DNA from: an uncultured Methanosarcinaceae archaeon
GTDB taxonomy: Archaea; Halobacteriota; Methanosarcinia; Methanosarcinales; Methanosarcinaceae
Direction: 5' to 3'
Assembly (NCBI GenBank): GCA_963721455.1
Contig: CAVRJG010000054.1
Location: 32,001 to 96,000, forward strand
Length of the DNA stretch: 64,000 nucleotides
The position numbers and the translations under genes were made by a program. This document shows positions 52,837 to 63,453 of the stretch, one piece after another (positions within the stretch are counted from its first letter, which is position 1; each line of letters opens with the position of its first letter). The notes under the pieces are model-generated. The model saw only the letters and a program-made list of their open reading frames with translations. It searched no databases and was not told the origin of the DNA.

Positions 52837-53685
52837 ATGTGTTCTGATATGACTGAGCATGCAACTGATTACGAACTGGTGATCCGTCCTAAATACGGAC
52901 TTCTGGATCTTAACTGGCAGGAACTGAAAGAGTACAGGGAGCTTCTTTTTTTCCTTGCCCTTAGAGAAATCAAGATCAGGTATAAACAGACAATTATGGG
53001 AGCATCATGGGCATTATTGCAGCCTTTTTTTACTATGATAGTATTTACCCTGATCTTCGGCCGGCTTGCACAGATGCCTTCAGATGGAGTGCCCTACCCA
53101 ATATTTTCATACTCCGGTCTTCTCCTCTGGACTTATTTTTCGAATGCTCTTTCTCAATCAAGCAATAGCCTTGTTGATAATGCCCCTCTCCTCTCAAAGG
53201 TTTACATGCCCCGGATATTCATACCTACTGCACCATGCCTTTCAGGCCTTCTTGATTACGTGATTGCTATTAGTATCCTTGTAGTTATGATGGTTTACTA
53301 CCGGTTTGTGCCTGGAATTTCAATACTCCTGTTGCCGTTCATTGTACTTTTGACATTCATGCTTGCATCGGGGATTGGTTACTGGCTCTCATCCATCTGT
53401 GTGAAATACAGGGATGTGAAATACATTCTTCCTTTCTTCATTCAGCTGCTGATGTTTGTATCACCGGTTATATACCCTACAAATATTATGGGTGAGAACC
53501 TGAAGTGGTTGCTTTACCTGAACCCTCTGACAGGTTTAATAAGTGCTCACCGAGCATGCCTTCTCGGACACATTCCTGTGGATTTTGTCGGCCTTGGAAT
53601 TTCGGCAGTGCTGACGATAGTGATTTTTGTGAGTGGAATACTGTACCTAAAGCGTACAGAGAAGTACTTTGCGGATTTGATTTAA
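52837..53685 (+). CDS. wzm: Polysaccharide ABC transporter permease
   Basis: RYKQTIMGASW, YRDV, LNPL; multiple TM segments. Confidence 0.9.
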   Translation: MCSDMTEHATDYELVIRPKYGLLDLNWQELKEYRELLFFLALREIKIRYKQTIMGASWALLQPFFTMIVFTLIFGRLAQMPSDGVPYPIFSYSGLLLWTYFSNALSQSSNSLVDNAPLLSKVYMPRIFIPTAPCLSGLLDYVIAISILVVMMVYYRFVPGISILLLPFIVLLTFMLASGIGYWLSSICVKYRDVKYILPFFIQLLMFVSPVIYPTNIMGENLKWLLYLNPLTGLISAHRACLLGHIPVDFVGLGISAVLTIVIFVSGILYLKRTEKYFADLI

Positions 53686-54975
53686 ATGACGGCGTCAAAA
53701 AAAGAAGAACCGATAATCGAAGTAAAACATCTCTCAAAACAGTACAACATCGGTGTTGACACGACGTCCAAGACACTCTCTGAAAGCTTTACTTCTGCTG
53801 TGAAGCATCCTTTAAAGACGCTAAAGGACTGCCGCAGGCCGAATAATACATTCTGGGCCCTTAAAGATGTAAATTTCGAGGTTGAGCGCGGTGAGGTTCT
53901 TGGTATCATCGGCAGGAATGGTGCAGGCAAAAGTACACTTCTTAAAATCCTATCACGTATTACCTACCCAACAGAAGGCGAAGTCAGGATGCGTGGCCGA
54001 GTTGGTAGCCTTCTTGAAGTCGGCACCGGTTTTCACCAAGAGCTTTCCGGCCGGGAGAATATCTATTTTAACGGTTCTATTCTTGGAATGAAGAAGAGAG
54101 AGATTGATGAGAAATTTGACGAAATCGTGAAGTTTTCAGGTGTCGAAAAGTTTCTGGATATACCAGTTAAACGCTATTCAAGTGGGATGCAGGTCCGGCT
54201 TGCCTTTTCGGTTGCAGCGAATCTTGACCCTGAGATTCTTGTGGTGGACGAGGTGCTTGCTGTAGGGGATGCAGCGTTTCAGAAGAAATGCTTGGGGAAG
54301 ATGAGCGAGGTGGCTGAAGGGGGGCGGACGGTGCTGTTTGTCAGTCATAATATGGGGGCTGTGAGTCACCTGTGTCAAAAAGGAATAGTAATTGACAGTG
54401 GGAATGTCATATTTAATGGAACTTCCGAAAATGCAGTAGAACATTACAACCATTTGTTTATATCACAAAATAATAATAATAATACGGATCAATTGCCTCA
54501 CATAATTTATCATGATCGAACTTCTTTAGATAATACAGATATCGCAATTACTTCAATCGAAATGTATGATCTGGATGGAAAACCAAAATCAATTGTATCA
54601 ACATTCGATAATGTAATCTTTAAAATAAGATTCTATTCAAATGAATATATTCCAAAGGGATCTGTAGAGTTTCATTTGAATTTAGCTGATGGCTCTCCTC
54701 TACTAATATTATCCACACAACCTGATGGCACACTATCAATAGACATTATAAAAGGTGAAAATACGGTAGAATGTATTATATACAAACTTCCTTTGGCTGC
54801 AGGTGATTATATCGTTGGGGCAGGTTTAGCAATTCCAAATATAAAGTGGCTATGGCTGAATGAACAAATATGCAAACTTACAGTAGTGGAAAAAGATATT
54901 TATAATTCAGGCAAAGCTCCTAAATTGTCAAGATGCTTACTGGCTGTTGAGAATGAATGGAGAATGAACCCATGA
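53686..54975 (+). CDS. wzt: Polysaccharide ABC transporter ATPase with C-terminal domain
   Basis: GRNGAGKST, YSSGM, VDEVLAVGD. Confidence 0.92.
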   Translation: MTASKKEEPIIEVKHLSKQYNIGVDTTSKTLSESFTSAVKHPLKTLKDCRRPNNTFWALKDVNFEVERGEVLGIIGRNGAGKSTLLKILSRITYPTEGEVRMRGRVGSLLEVGTGFHQELSGRENIYFNGSILGMKKREIDEKFDEIVKFSGVEKFLDIPVKRYSSGMQVRLAFSVAANLDPEILVVDEVLAVGDAAFQKKCLGKMSEVAEGGRTVLFVSHNMGAVSHLCQKGIVIDSGNVIFNGTSENAVEHYNHLFISQNNNNNTDQLPHIIYHDRTSLDNTDIAITSIEMYDLDGKPKSIVSTFDNVIFKIRFYSNEYIPKGSVEFHLNLADGSPLLILSTQPDGTLSIDIIKGENTVECIIYKLPLAAGDYIVGAGLAIPNIKWLWLNEQICKLTVVEKDIYNSGKAPKLSRCLLAVENEWRMNP

Positions 54976-55199
54976 GCAAATCCATGTGTCTCTAAATTCA
55001 ATCGATTATTAAACATTAATTTCCAATTATTCTTCCCAACTTTAAAGCATATAATAATGACAACATAAAACACTGTCCATTGCCCACGGTTGCCACAGAA
55101 ATTGGCGGCTTCAGAGCGGATCAAAAAATGGATCACAGAACTTTCAACTACCAGGTAATGCTGAAAAATGGCAGTGTAGAATTTCTGAGGATAAAACTT

Positions 55200-56219
55200 A
55201 TGAAAACAATGCTTGTAATTCCAGATTATAAATTTGGAGCATATGGTTGGGAGAAAGAGAGATCTTACTTTAACAATTTTTCATATCGCGCTGAAGCTAA
55301 AGGGTGGAAACTGGTACAAATAAGAGATCATTTTTCTATCGATGAAATTGATTGTGTTTTTGCTTCGAATTATGCAAAATATATAGATAAAGTTCATAAT
55401 TATAACATATATGATAAAATTATTAAAAATGATAAAATCAAAAAAATCTCAGCAATTTTTGAAGCGCCGTCAAGAAGACCTGATTTATGGGACTACACAA
55501 AATGGTTTGATTTTTGTATAAGCTTTAATAAAAAGCCAGAAAAACACTGCCAATGTGAGCATATTGAAAGCCCGTATCCCTACAATTTCTCTGAAAATAA
55601 ATGTGATTACCTCGAATGGAACTCAAGAGATACTCTGGTATGGGTCTCTTCGAATAATTGGTTTAGAGGATCTGATTCTTTAAGTCAACGCCGGCTTCAG
55701 GATTTCAATTATTATTCTAAAAGATTGAGTGGCAAAATTGCTCTATATGGTAAAGGGTGGGATATAAAGAGCCCTTCGCTATACGGTCCTTTTCCTGTAA
55801 TTGGGATATTCCATAATAGAAAAAATAAAAAATACTATAATAACATAAGTCAGTACTGGTTAGGCCAGGTTGAGAATAAATCGGAGACAATATCGAATTA
55901 CAAATTTTGTTTTTCATATGAGAACACAGATGACTATCCGGGTTATGTCACTGAAAAAGTATTTGATGCTTGGATAGCTGGATGTATACCTGTTTATTGG
56001 GGTGACAGCGAGTTTGAAAAATTATATCAAGATTTACTAATATGTCCAAGGAAAATCGGGATAGAGAACTCAGTAGAAATAATGCGTGAATTGGATCAGG
56101 AAAAAGCATATTGTGTATATTCCAAGTTTAAATCAAAACTAGAAGATGGGGAATTCACCCGATATTCTCATGAATATTTCCAAGATAAAGTACTGGATAC
56201 AGCCGAGTCATTGGTTTAA
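55200..56219 (+). CDS. GT10 family alpha-1,3/4-fucosyltransferase-like protein
   Basis: YKFCFSYENTDDYPGYVTEKVFDAWIAGCIPVYWG motif. Confidence 0.8.
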   Translation: MKTMLVIPDYKFGAYGWEKERSYFNNFSYRAEAKGWKLVQIRDHFSIDEIDCVFASNYAKYIDKVHNYNIYDKIIKNDKIKKISAIFEAPSRRPDLWDYTKWFDFCISFNKKPEKHCQCEHIESPYPYNFSENKCDYLEWNSRDTLVWVSSNNWFRGSDSLSQRRLQDFNYYSKRLSGKIALYGKGWDIKSPSLYGPFPVIGIFHNRKNKKYYNNISQYWLGQVENKSETISNYKFCFSYENTDDYPGYVTEKVFDAWIAGCIPVYWGDSEFEKLYQDLLICPRKIGIENSVEIMRELDQEKAYCVYSKFKSKLEDGEFTRYSHEYFQDKVLDTAESLV

Positions 56220-56261
56220 GCATTGTAAAATTAACGAATTAACAAAAATGTGGGAACTAGC

Positions 56262-57266
56262 ATGTCAAAAACTACTATCATTTGTCTCACACCAGTAAAA
56301 AATGAGGCATGGATTCTGGATCGCTTTCTCAAATGTGCAAGTTTGTGGGCTGACCACATTATTATTGCAGACCAATTTTCTGATGATGGCTCGAGAGAAA
56401 TAGCACAAAAATACTCCAAAGTAATTCTAATTAATAACCCAATGACAACTTATAATGAGTATGAAATGAGAGGTCTTCTATTCGATGAAGCAAGGAAGAT
56501 ACCCGGTCCACGTCTCTTGATTGCACTGGACGCAGATGAAATGCTCACGGCTAATTTTCTGGAAAGTCCAGAATGGCAAAAGATATTAAATGTGAAACCT
56601 GGAACAGTTATTGGGTTTAGATTGGTAAATATCAAACCGGATTTAACTTCTTATTGGTCACCAAATCCGATGTTTCTTTTTGGTTTTATGGACGATGGAA
56701 GCGAGTATCAAGGATCTAAAATTCATACTTTTAGGATTCCAATTCCAGATACCTCCTCGAGAATTATGCTTAATAAAATCAAGGTATTACATTATCAATT
56801 CACTGATTGGGATCGTATGGAAAGTAAACATCGATGGTATCAGTGCTGGGAACGGCTTAATAACCCTAAAAGACGACCAATAGATATTTATCGGCAATAT
56901 CATCACATGTATGCTATTGCTTTAAATGACATCCAAAAATTACAGCCGGAATGGTTCTTAGGTTATAAACAGCAAGGTATTGATATGTTCAGTGTTAATC
57001 GCCAGGAGTTTTATCGATGGGATAAAGAAGTTTTAGTTTACTTTAATGAGTATGGTACTGCGAAATTTAGACGAGAGGCAATCTGGGATGTTAATTGGCT
57101 TGAAATTGCCACGAAAGTAAATCCAGATTCTTCGAAGATTGGCATATATGATCCACGCAATAGTATCGAAAAACATATTCATAGTTGGTTAAAAAAAACA
57201 CAGCCACATGCTTCTAACTTAGATATAAAATTAATTCAGTTATTTTTAAGAATTTATGGATGGTAA
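56262..57266 (+). CDS. GT2-like glycosyltransferase
   Basis: PVKNEA, ADQFSDDGS, LDADE. Confidence 0.8.
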   Translation: MSKTTIICLTPVKNEAWILDRFLKCASLWADHIIIADQFSDDGSREIAQKYSKVILINNPMTTYNEYEMRGLLFDEARKIPGPRLLIALDADEMLTANFLESPEWQKILNVKPGTVIGFRLVNIKPDLTSYWSPNPMFLFGFMDDGSEYQGSKIHTFRIPIPDTSSRIMLNKIKVLHYQFTDWDRMESKHRWYQCWERLNNPKRRPIDIYRQYHHMYAIALNDIQKLQPEWFLGYKQQGIDMFSVNRQEFYRWDKEVLVYFNEYGTAKFRREAIWDVNWLEIATKVNPDSSKIGIYDPRNSIEKHIHSWLKKTQPHASNLDIKLIQLFLRIYGW

Positions 57267-57474
57267 ATATACATTTGCTCACACTTAATCCTTCATGACA
57301 ACTTTGTTTCAACTTTCATCTGCAAACTACTCTCTGTTGGCATCATCTTCTGGATCAAATACATGAACAGCTGCTTAGGGGAGCATTATGAATGTATCTG
57401 GGAATTATGAGTCGCAATTGGAGATGTGTAAAAGCAGGAAATATATGCGGAAAATTTCATCTTAAGGTAAGATT

Positions 57475-58221
57475 ATGGGTCCGAAAGTTTCAGTAATAAC
57501 AGTTTGCTATAATGCTGAAGAATTTATTGAAAACGCAATTAATAGTGTTTTGAATCAAATATATAAAAATATTGAATATATTATAATCGATGGCGCCTCA
57601 ACGGATAATACAGTACTAATAATAAATAAATACAAGTCCAAGATAGCATTATTCTTAAGTGAACCGGATAACGGCATGTATGAAGCAATGAATAAAGGAA
57701 TAACAGCTGCTACCGGCGACATATTATATTTTTTAAATTCAGACGACACTTTTTATGATGAATATGTTATAGAAAATATTGTTAAAGTATTTCAGAAAAC
57801 TGGCGACGTTGATCTTATATACGGCCCTATAATTATTAAAAATTCTCTCACAAATGAGTCATTTATGAAACCGCATGATCATGTTACGAAATCTTTCTTT
57901 ATTTATGATGCAATCTGTCAGCAAGGCATATTTTACAAGGCCGATGTTTTTAAAAAATGTGGTCAATTCGACACAACTTATAGAATTGTAGGTGATTATG
58001 AATGGGTCTTGAGAGCATTTTATAAATATAACATTCAAAGGCAATATTATGAGAATATAATAGCAATATTTAGAAATGGAGGAATGTCCAGTTCAGATGA
58101 ATTTTATAGCCTTCACAATAAAGAACGACAAAAAGTTATGAAAGATTATTTTAACAAATTTACAATATTTAAATCTAATTTTATATTCTTCTCTGAAAGG
58201 GTGCTTAAGAAATTCGAGTGA
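57475..58221 (+). CDS. GT2 glycosyltransferase (WcaE-like)
   Basis: IDGASTD, GMYEAMNKG, FLNSDD. Confidence 0.88.
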   Translation: MGPKVSVITVCYNAEEFIENAINSVLNQIYKNIEYIIIDGASTDNTVLIINKYKSKIALFLSEPDNGMYEAMNKGITAATGDILYFLNSDDTFYDEYVIENIVKVFQKTGDVDLIYGPIIIKNSLTNESFMKPHDHVTKSFFIYDAICQQGIFYKADVFKKCGQFDTTYRIVGDYEWVLRAFYKYNIQRQYYENIIAIFRNGGMSSSDEFYSLHNKERQKVMKDYFNKFTIFKSNFIFFSERVLKKFE

Positions 58222-58554
58222 TTATTTTAAAAGCTCATCTCAAAATTACTTCTCTAAATCACATACTCTGGATAATTAATCAAGTTTCTTATCTAATGAA
58301 AATTAGTTCTGAGACTCTTACTAATTGAGAATGAAATAGTTTTGGGATGAATTCATATAATAATGGAACCGTAATCAAAAAAGAAGGTTAAAGGATATAA
58401 AGCAAATTTTACAGAAAATTGGACGTACTGCCCTTAGTCACTAATAATACCTTAATTTGACAGTATTCACTAATTGATATTGAAAATCTGTTCTATTTTT
58501 AGCTCAAATTAGTTTGACAGGAGGTTATGAATCCATCGAATTTTATAATAAATT

Positions 58555-60110
58555 CTAGGGAATAGTGCCCATTTTTGCTACTATTAAGCTATTGATTTTA
58601 TCAAAATTCGCAAAAATATGATTTTTGACCCCGTTTTTCACGAACTTTATTGTAAGTGTCAAATTCTTTAAGCTTTTTTGATGAATTTTGTGGACTTATG
58701 TTTGATTTCCTCAAATTCATATCGCATCAGCGATATGAACAACTGAGCAATAAATCCTAAGAGAACAGCTCCATAAATGCTATTATCTGACCAAACCCTT
58801 AACGGCTTAATCTGTAATTCGTTTTTCAATGAGTTGAATATTTTCTCGATAGAGTCCTTCTCTCGATATATTTCTAATGCCTTCTCAAGTGTCAAATTCT
58901 TGTTTGATTTAAGGCAGAAAAATCCTTCTCTTCCATTAATTATCGAGTTTTTCAGAAGTTCTATTGCTTCATCATCACTAAGCTCTTCGAGCTTAGTTGT
59001 AAAAGAGTAGTCAATCTCAATCAACTCATTGTTGATTCTGAATTTCTTGGGAAGCTTTTTGTTTTTAACAATTATTTCTTGTATCTCTTTTGCTTCCTGT
59101 AACTTCTTAAGAACAGTTCTTGCCTTTGCTTCCAACTGTTTCTCTTGTAGTGATTCTGAGAAATAAAAATACTTAATGCTATTTGGCTTGACTATCTTAA
59201 TCCCATAAATACTTTTTTCAGAATCTATTAGCTCTGCTTTATCTTTATCAAAATTCTCAATGATTTTATCGTCGCTTGCGTTCAGTTTCATGGAAGTAAG
59301 ATATGTCATCTTATCTTCCTGTATTAGCTTAATGTTGTCAACTGTATTTGCACCTTTATCAAAGACAATAAGAGATCCTTTTTTGAGATTTCTCTTTACC
59401 TGGTTATAAGTCTCAGGAAAATGTTGCAGATCAAGAACGTTTCCTCTATTAACTGTAATTCCAATAGGGATGTTAATTGGTTTTCTGAGTTCACTGACTC
59501 CAACTGTTATCTGCAACTTATCAGGTCTATGATCCCTGCTATATCCGTACTTACCAAGCTTGGATTTAGTTCCGTGAAGAACTATACTAGTCCAGTCAAG
59601 GTTTATATCAGTCTCTCCAAAACCATAAACAGAAAACAGATTATCTAAGATCTCCGAGAGAATTATCTCCTTATTACGTCCGAGGATCTCAAGAGTCCTG
59701 TAAAGAACTTTTTCATGAAAACTCTTGAGGTTCAAAATCTCGAGAATTTCTTTCTGATTTAACCATTTACTAGCTTCCTTGATGCTAAAATTCTCGGTGA
59801 GCTTATAGCTCACCAAGCCAATTAATAAACTATTGAGATCTAAACCCTTTAGGACTTACGTACTTGAGATGAAAAATCAAGTACAATAGACGTTACAGAT
59901 AAATGCATAATTTAGACGGTTGATGGTTCAATGCCATTGATTTCTCAGTTCAACCGCGTAAGTCCTACCCTTACTTTTATGCTTGCTAAAAACATCAGAA
60001 AAATTAAGTTTTTCATAAAAGTATTGAACAGCAAGCATCGATCCGATAGAAACACATTTATTCTTGTTAGGAATAATTGGGAATGCTCTTATTTTTGTTT
60101 TTATATTCAT
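58555..60110 (-). pseudogene. IS1634 family transposase split by a MITE, with an A6 frameshift near the C-terminus
   Basis: GYSRDHRPD, VFDKG, IEKIFNSLK; N-terminal part 59968-60110 joins 59849 as KSKG/LDL. Confidence 0.85.
59850..59967. mobile_element. 118-bp MITE
   Basis: TIRs TAGGACTTACG / CGTAAGTCCTA; 5-bp target duplication CCCTT. Confidence 0.9.
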
Positions 60111-60262
60111 TGGACCGAATAAAACAAAAATAAGAGCACTTATTTTTATTTATCTGTCAAACTCAGGATAATACGCACAATATTTTTAAACTGTTTGGGT
60201 ATCTTGCTAGAGTTTTCACAAAGCTTAGAATTGACAAACTAACTGAATCCCACTTTCCGCAG

Positions 60263-61011
60263 GTGCGACAAGAAGCTATACTATGAATTGCACCATTCGC
60301 TACCTCTTCCATTTGAGGTAATCCTACTGTGACATGCATAAATGGTAACATTTGTGTGTGAAGCTCACAGGACACTATCGAGAAATCAAGGAACCTGACT
60401 TTGGTAATCGGTTAGGATACGAATACTATGAAGAACATAAAGTGAACCATCGTAAGAATCGTGAAGTGGAATAAGCGAAAGCAGGCTGATACGCTTAACC
60501 AAAAGGTACAGAATCAGGCTGTAATGGGTCTGCGGACATTATGGCAAATGGACAAATGATTCTCGGTTTATAGATGGCTTCTAAGGTATTCACATTATTC
60601 GTAGTATGGAACTTGGTAAGCCCTAAATGCTCCCATTATGGGTAGGACTCCCGCGAGGGATAACGATGGCATTGAGGGTAGAGGATTCAGTAAAAAGCGA
60701 ATGCCAATCTGTAATGGATTGGATAGAGGTTCAAACTTTGCCTCAATCCGAAAGGATGCAGACTTACTGATGGTGTTTTCTTGTGTGAATGGAAACAAAC
60801 CTACAAATGTAAGATACTCAACGACACCAATAGGTGAGAGGCTTACAGACAATTATGTTAGTGGGCTGTTATCCGGAACACAAAATCAGTTATGCAAATA
60901 ACTGGTGCCTGATACAGAAAGGGTTTGAAAACACTCGAGCCGTATGAAGGGAAACTTTCAAGTACGGTTCCTAGGGGAGAAAGGAGGAGTAATCCTCCCT
61001 ACTTACCCGAC
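60263..61011 (+). ncRNA. ORF-less group II intron
   Basis: 5' GTGCG; domain V GAGCCGTATGAAGGGAAACTTTCAAGTACGGTTC (60937-60970); domain VI ending ACCCGAC; EBS1/EBS2 match the upstream exon. Confidence 0.92.
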
Positions 61012-61480
61012 TAAAGTTTCGTATATACATAATTATTCTTGCTATCAATTTCCGATTTAACATGAATTTATTGGGCTTCTATGAAGGAGTTAAGAATAGC
61101 TACATGTGTATTTAGAGACCAAAAACGGTAGTATTCAATTTCCACCAATTTTCATTTAGATTCTCTATCGTTTGAAAGACTTTATGAGTGCACAACAGTT
61201 ACTTGAAAAAATTAATTTATAGTAAGAAGTTAAGTAATATCCAATTCAAATTGTATGGTTGAAAGTAAATTTCTCATATGTGACGAATAGTTGATAATTT
61301 GAATACATTTTAAAAACATACTCTGGAGATCTATTTAACTTTAGAACTGTGCAATAATGATATCATTCAATTCATTGGTTAAAGAATTCTCCCTTGAATT
61401 TGAAAGGGATACGTAAATTAGTTGACACACGAACTCCAGATTATATAAGGCTGAGAATAAGGCATGAGGTTACAATAGTT

Positions 61481-62383
61481 ATGCATGATCAAAATCCAAA
61501 AGTAAGCGTAGTAATTCCAACTTATAATAGAGGTAATTTAATATCCCGAGCTATTCAGAGTGTTCTGGATCAAACTTACCAGGATTTTGAGATCATTATT
61601 GTTGATGACGGTTCGACAGATAATACTGAGGAAATCTTAAAAAATTTTGAGATCCCAAAAATAAAGTATATCCGACACGATGGAAACAAAGGAGCTTCAG
61701 CAGCAAGAAACACAGGGATTAAAGCATCTAAAGGAGAATATATAGCATTCCAAGACAGTGACGATGAGTGGTTTCCAGACAAGTTAGAACAACAAGTGAA
61801 AGTTTTCAATAATGCTCCCTCTAAAGTTGGAGTTGTTTATTCTGGGTTTTACCGAATAGAAGCTGATAAAAAGATATACATTCCAGATGATCATATAGCT
61901 CAAAAAGAGGGAAATATACATAATCAACTTCTCAAAGGAAATTTTATCGGAACACCAGCAGTTCTCATCAAGAAAGAGTGTTTCGAAAATGTGAAATATT
62001 TTGATGAAGAAATTCCTGCTTTAGAAGATTGGGATTTATGGATTGGAATTTCAAAATATTATTGTTTTAAATATATAAATAAGCCCTTACTACATTCCTA
62101 TTATACGCCTAACAGCGTTAATCTCAACAAAAAAAGTCTGATTAAGGCAATTGAGACTATCATTGCAAACAATTTAAATGATTATACTAAAAATAATAAA
62201 ATTCTATCAGAATATTATTTGGGCATTGGTGTAGATCTATGTTCAAATAACGATTTCAAAAACGGAAGAAACTATCTAGTAAAATCTGTAGAAGCAAACC
62301 ATTTAAACATCAAAGCAATTTTACGCCTTTCGGTTTTACTTTTTGGCCAAAAGACCTATCTTAAGCTCAGTAATTATATATAA
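61481..62383 (+). CDS. GT2 glycosyltransferase
   Basis: VIPTYNR, VDDGSTD, ARNTG, QDSDD. Confidence 0.9.
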   Translation: MHDQNPKVSVVIPTYNRGNLISRAIQSVLDQTYQDFEIIIVDDGSTDNTEEILKNFEIPKIKYIRHDGNKGASAARNTGIKASKGEYIAFQDSDDEWFPDKLEQQVKVFNNAPSKVGVVYSGFYRIEADKKIYIPDDHIAQKEGNIHNQLLKGNFIGTPAVLIKKECFENVKYFDEEIPALEDWDLWIGISKYYCFKYINKPLLHSYYTPNSVNLNKKSLIKAIETIIANNLNDYTKNNKILSEYYLGIGVDLCSNNDFKNGRNYLVKSVEANHLNIKAILRLSVLLFGQKTYLKLSNYI

Positions 62384-62430
62384 ATAGTACGTGAAACCTG
62401 ATTATTCAATTTAATGGAGACTCCAAACTT

Positions 62431-63435
62431 TTGAAAATCTCTATTGCTCTTTGTACCTACAACGGTGCTAAATTTTTACAGGAACAACTTGACAGTATAG
62501 CTCTTCAGACTCGAACCCCAGATGAAATGATTATTTGTGATGATCAATCAAAAGATAGTACATTAGAAATCTTAAAAAGCTTCTCATCTAAAGCTTCTTT
62601 CCCTGTTCAATTGTTTCTCAACGAAAAGAATTTGGGTTCTACCAAAAATTTTGAAAAGGCTATTGGATTATGTACGGGAGATATAATTTTCTTATCCGAT
62701 CAGGATGACGTTTGGTGTCCTGATAAATTAGAGAAAATCGAAAAACTATTTTCGAGTTCTCCTTCTACAGCAGCTATTTTTACAGATGCAGAAGTAGTAG
62801 ATGAAAATTTAAGACCTTTGGGATATACTATGTGGCAATCTATTAGATTTAATAAAAGAGAACAAAATTATTTTACTCACGGTAAATTCATAGAAGTATT
62901 GCTTAAACATAGTGTTGTAACTGGCTCAACAATGGCATTCCGTTCGGAGTTTAAGAAGTTACTTTTCCCTATTCCTGATATTTGGACTCATGATGGATGG
63001 ATCGCGTTGCTAATTGCTTTTACATCAGATCTAAATATGATCTCAGAACCCCTTATCAAATATCGTCAACATCATATGCAACAATTAGGAGCTGGTGAAA
63101 AAGCATTAAATATATATAAAAAACATAGAATAACGGATCAGTTTAGATACCTAAATCTCAGCTTTTATAATATCCAGCTTGAATGTACTAGATATATGCT
63201 GGCATATGAACAGTTAGTTAATTCTCATTTCCCTTCCATAAAGATAAATGAAATCCCGCTTCTTAAGGCCCGAGTTGCTCATTATCGCATACGTACCAAT
63301 TTGCCTGCTAGCAGAAGAAAAAGAATTCCGTTTATTTTAAAAGAACTATTGAACATGAATTATCACCGTTATTCTTACGGTTTTTATAGTTTTGGAGTGG
63401 ATCTACTTCGCGAAAATAGTGCATCAAGTAAGTGA
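62431..63435 (+). CDS. GT2 glycosyltransferase (rhamnosyltransferase-like)
   Basis: CTYNG, SDQDDVW, HDGW, YRQH. Confidence 0.88.
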   Translation: MKISIALCTYNGAKFLQEQLDSIALQTRTPDEMIICDDQSKDSTLEILKSFSSKASFPVQLFLNEKNLGSTKNFEKAIGLCTGDIIFLSDQDDVWCPDKLEKIEKLFSSSPSTAAIFTDAEVVDENLRPLGYTMWQSIRFNKREQNYFTHGKFIEVLLKHSVVTGSTMAFRSEFKKLLFPIPDIWTHDGWIALLIAFTSDLNMISEPLIKYRQHHMQQLGAGEKALNIYKKHRITDQFRYLNLSFYNIQLECTRYMLAYEQLVNSHFPSIKINEIPLLKARVAHYRIRTNLPASRRKRIPFILKELLNMNYHRYSYGFYSFGVDLLRENSASSK

Positions 63436-63453
63436 AATTATTTAGGAATCAAA

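Larger units (their letters stand above)
58450..60167 (-). mobile_element. IS1634-type insertion sequence, transposase interrupted
   Basis: TIRs CCTTAATTTGACAG and CCTGAGTTTGACAG (rc); 6-bp target duplication ATAATA at 58444-58449 and 60168-60173. Confidence 0.88.

Noticed and set aside
60595-60901. Short ORFs inside the group II intron
   Set aside because: No reverse-transcriptase or maturase motifs; they overlap structural RNA domains.
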